64,000 bases of DNA, from the NCBI RefSeq assembly GCF_964355755.1, contig NC_092673.1, positions 22,007,648 through 22,071,647 of the forward strand, read 5' to 3'. This stretch comes from Antedon mediterranea (lineage: Eukaryota > Animalia > Echinodermata). The notes beneath the pieces are model-generated. The model saw nothing but the letters and a program-made list of their open reading frames with translations. It did not search any database and was not told the origin of the DNA. Position 1 is the stretch's first letter, and every line of letters begins with the position of its first letter. This document shows positions 59,578 through 64,000 of this stretch, piece by piece. The position numbers were made by a program, and so were the translations under genes.

Positions 59578-62500
59578 TGATCAAATTGCATTTCCTGAAA
59601 TAGAAAAAAAAAATAAATTAAATATAAAAGTATGTCAAGCTGAAGATTTTGTATAAATTAATTTTCAGTAATTTGGCAATTTGGCATATTCTATGTTGCC
59701 GGTTAAATTAATGTTTGTTCAAAGAAAATTGTTCAGGTGATATGAATATTAATTGCATCTGCTGAATGGGGATAAATGACAAAACAAAATGTATACACTG
59801 TTAGTTGTTAAGTTAGTTAAATGCTGTGAATGAAAAATTCAATTTAATGTTTAATATCATATTGGGATCAAAAAACAATTAGCTAATTCTTTAATAGTGT
59901 GTCGTGTAAGAAAATCTTCTGTAATCTTAATACTGTACAGTAGGCCTACCATATTTTCTATAGAGACAACATTTTGAAATGACAGTTGACCGAAAGTAAC
60001 TTTTCTTAATCTGAAACAAGATTATTCATGCATTTTAACCTAAAGAAAGAATACATACTAATTGACAAAGACTATCACATTGCAAATTCTGAGAAATATC
60101 AACTAATATCCTACTACAGCATATAAACAAGTACTAACTCGTTACCATGTTAACAGCATGTACAAAATAATCCATAAATCTAGTGAACAAGGACTATGGA
60201 GTATCAAAGGCTATGTTCAGACTGACATAGTTATGGTACACATACAGCACTGATATCAAAGGTCAAACTTCATAACATAAAAGTAAACAATTTACGTAGT
60301 GTTTTTGATACAGAAAAAATTATTTTTATTTTACTATCATTATATTAAATGTTTTTTGAGTGGGGGAAAGGGTGGAAAAAAAACCTGACACAAACTTTGT
60401 CAGCCTTGTGAGAAAACACCCATATCTATAATTTGTTGATGTGTCAATTTCTGCTTTTATCATGTACTGTACAACATTGTAATATTTTATAGTGAACTGA
60501 TACAGCAATCTGAATACAATACTGTTTATTGACTTTCAAATATGATGGGATCATCAGACATTGTTTTTCTGTGCATCTAAATGGAATTCAATATATCATT
60601 AAAATTAGGCCTACTATTCTTTTATCTTTTTGTATTTTTATATGTTATAATTTTTCTTTACTTTTAAACTTGTAACTGGACCATTTTGGAGAGTAGTACT
60701 GCGTTACTGAAAATGCAATCCAGTCAAAAGAAAGAATAAATAAATAAATAATTAGTAACTTGCATGAATAAAGCTATATTTATACGCTCCTTTCTTTTCT
60801 TCTGTATCAATCAGAGTTAAATTGTGGCCCATCAGTTACGTTGCAGATTAGCTTTATACTTTATATAAAAAAAACATTCTGATATGTAATGTATGTAAGA
60901 TCGCACCGTCCAGAAGAACGTGTGCCGCCGATTTAAAGGCGTATGTTCAATAAAGTTATATCTAGTGTTAAAAGCAGAGTTAACAATTGATGCATTGTTT
61001 CTTATCAAAGGATCTACAGAGGAATGACAGAAAGAGCATTTCCTGAAATATAGAAAGTCTTTTTGTTTGTTAAAAAAAATGGTAATAATACAGTGAAGAT
61101 CTTCATCCTGTTGATATCCTGTAGATTCTTGTCAGTTAGTAGAATTCCACTCTAAATGTAATTGGCTATAGTATTCAACCGGACTTTTATGCCATAAGGG
61201 TCATGATGGCTACTGATAAGGGGGCCTGTTTATTAGTACAGAGAGTTCAGTGTCCCAGGGCAAGCACAAATTTTGCAATCACATAGCTAGTGGTTTTATT
61301 TGGCTTGCTCCGATCCTTCTACAAATTTTAATGCATTCGCTTGGCTAGTGTCATGTATTGAATAAATTATTACAGTCATTGCATGTTGAAATTTAGTATA
61401 AGGCAAACTAGATGGAGTTTTGATTTTGATAGTGTGGTATCCATTTTGTGTAAAATTTTATGGTTGTGCCATCAGTGGCGTAACAGCTAATGTATGAGCG
61501 CCCACTGGCTAACCCAGGGGCCACAGAGCTTATTATGGGGGGTCCTGAGCAGTGCTTTACGAGTTTAACCTATCCACAAAAATGTTGGGTGGTAACAGAG
61601 TTACACAAAATGAACCTTATGGAGACGCCATACTGTATGTTCAATTTCTGTAGTGTGAATCATATAAATGTATGTCTACACTATCAAACTAGTGACAAAA
61701 AAGTGTTACGATGTGCCCAAATATGGTGGCGATATGCCCAAATATAGTAGTGATATGACATCATCATTTCCATATATGGGCACATTTAGTAAATGACTGG
61801 ACCTCCTTTTCAGGAATCAAGAGATTACTTTACTGTACATTTTGTAAATTTTGTGTAATAATTTAAAAGCCCATAGGAATTAAGTAAAGTTCACAAATTA
61901 GCCTATTTTATCTTAAAATGCAAGTGCCTTAATTTAATCAATTACCCTTGTCCTATAAATTGCTTATGAAAACAATTTTATATTTCTAATTTAATAAAGT
62001 AGATTATTCAGTAGATAAGCTGCATAATTAAATAATAGTAGTTCATTGCACACGTAACCAATACATTATTAAACTTTAAAAATGGGCATAACATTACAGT
62101 ATTATCTGATCCTAAAATATGAATATGTATAATTTAGGTAATTTCATCGTAACCAGCTTCCAAATTTATCACTTTTGAGTGTGCCTATTATAAGGGGACA
62201 ATATTCTGTCACAAAAACAACAAAAAAAGACCAAACCAAGGAATTAAAATATTATATTCATTTTTGTATTAATACAAAACTGGATATGATAATAATTGTA
62301 CTTTGCTGGCTTGACAGTTTTCATTGGTGAAACGTTGGCTGCTAAAATTTTATTTCTCAATTTTTGGAGTCCAGATCAATTATTATTAGTGTTTATTTTT
62401 TGGGTCAATTTGTTGGGGCTTCATTGTAATCATGGAGGTATAAAAAAGACCTCCATTTTGTAATTAACATTGGATACTTTACTACTATCTAACTAGGGCC

Positions 62501-62742
62501 TACAGATAGGCTAATTTAGTAATATTACTGTATTCTAGTACTAGTAACCTAGAACAGAGGAACTAGCCTATCTAAGGCTAGGCTAGTAGTAGTAGTAGGC
62601 CGCTGCCTAATAGTAATATAAAATAAATTATATAATAAATAGGCTAGCCGATAGCTTACCGCCTAGCCCCTCCTCTCTAGCATTTTTAGTCATGTTTAAT
62701 ATCCTATACAGTACTGTATACATAATTAATTGTGTTAATTAA

Positions 62743-63368
62743 AGACCCCTTCCCTGCAATTTTTGACGTTTTTTGGAAAATAATACATATATATCACTTT
62801 AAAAACATTAAACCATGTCATTTCTTGTCTTAAATGTACGTTTTATGGTAAATTATGATAAAAAGTGAGAAACAATGCACTACCTAAGTAGCTCGCGGCG
62901 ATCGACCTCTCGTGGACGGTCTTAGGCCTAGCCTAGCTAGGCTTAGTTTTGTAGGCCTAGCTGGTAAACATCGGTAACGTACGAACATCGTACGCGAGCT
63001 ATATACCTAGCCTGACGTTGTATAGTTGCTGCATTAATTGTCTTTCTATTTTTGCCAGACTCCGTTGATACAAATTGGGGAAAACCCGGTATTTTCGCTG
63101 AAAAGTTAGGAGTCTTTCATTTGTTTTGGCCTCACGATCGATCGAAAAGTGGGCGAATTACAGGTGAAAAACAAAAATATCAATCCGCGCGCAATGCATT
63201 TTGGGATTTATAGCGGGCCGCTATAATTATTAGAATCGACTTATTTTTCACATTTTTAACCGTTTAAAGACGAAAAAAGTTATCGCAATAGGACCATATA
63301 GTATTATTTTTACATTAAATATAGTTTGTGATCTTAAATTATATCTAAAAAACGTAGGGAATGGGGCT
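62743..63368. mobile_element. TTAA-target MITE, Kolobok-like (626 bp)
   Basis: TTAA-AGACCCCTTCCCTGC ... GTAGGGAATGGGGCT-TTAA: imperfect TIR with AG...CT ends and TTAA TSD (62739-62742, 63369-63372). Confidence 0.75.
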
Positions 63369-63499
63369 TTAATGTTGTTCAATTAATTTAATAAAAAATA
63401 TTTTAATTAAGTTACGCTCCATTCATATTCGTCTGGGCTTATTAAAGTTATTAATTTACACACATAAAATACCTAAAACAATATATTGTGTATTATACG

Positions 63500-64000
63500 C
63501 TAGGCCAAATTATTAATTTTTTCTTTGTCAGCACCGACCATCCTGGCCGCGACCAGATTGCTAGCCTAGAGAACCTCCGTCCAACCCGGTCCGTCGTTGG
63601 AGTGAACCCGTGCGTAGGCCTACTGTTTACTGGATACCTACCTACCAATTCAATTGACCGACGAATAAGCAGCGTGTTCTTGTGTTTGGTGACGTTCATA
63701 TTCATGAAGTATCAGGCCTATTTAATAAATCCTTTCTTAGCCAAAATACACATCTTCTACGTCGTATTATTAGGAGACGAAGTAACTTAAAATCGGCACA
63801 GTTTGACGATGCCTAAAAAACACGCGGGTTTCCAGGATGTACTGTATGTGTGTTCACTTTGTGTTTACACTACACTACTATTATCACGTTCGCGCCTTTC
63901 TTGGCACTCATTCAAGAAAACGTCAAAAGAATAGTGAAGTGCGCAGCCGTAAGAATGATTAGTAATTTAGTAATGCGCATGTCCAACTGTGCATGTGAAG
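63500..64000 (-). promoter_or_regulatory. Candidate promoter / first-exon region
   Basis: CpG-enriched relative to the window, TGCGCATG (NRF1-like) at ~63974, and tandem minus-strand donor-like gtaggtaggt at ~63645-63636. Confidence 0.35.

Noticed and set aside
59246-59656. 136-aa plus-strand ORF
   Set aside because: Antisense shadow of the 219-aa ORF, which has the splice and polyA support.

Overview
AT-rich, intron-rich animal genomic DNA. The DeuSINE-type, 5S-derived and MITE repeat content suggests a marine invertebrate, possibly an echinoderm (inference). The main gene is a discoidin domain receptor (DDR)-like gene on the minus strand. Five coding exons splice in frame: signal peptide 10936-10840, discoidin domain 5509-5407, 3980-3746 and 2050-1903, and DS-like domain 899-387. 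The TM/kinase exons would lie left of the window. The remaining ~52 kb upstream is mostly non-coding. It holds an intact full-length CR1/L2-group (Crack-like) LINE (35905-40727), a non-autonomous Helentron nested inside a copy of itself (14871-18062), and an inverted pair of PIF/Harbinger-type elements (27595-30808) with a 56-bp templated capture of one element end. It also holds several MITEs, tRNA- and 5S-derived SINEs, two degenerate Penelope-type hammerhead motifs, tandem repeats, and an uncharacterised intronless 219-aa gene (58918-59577, minus). Candidate non-coding exons and a CpG-rich right end suggest, but do not prove, that the 219-aa gene and DDR share a promoter. No CRISPR or prokaryotic systems were seen.
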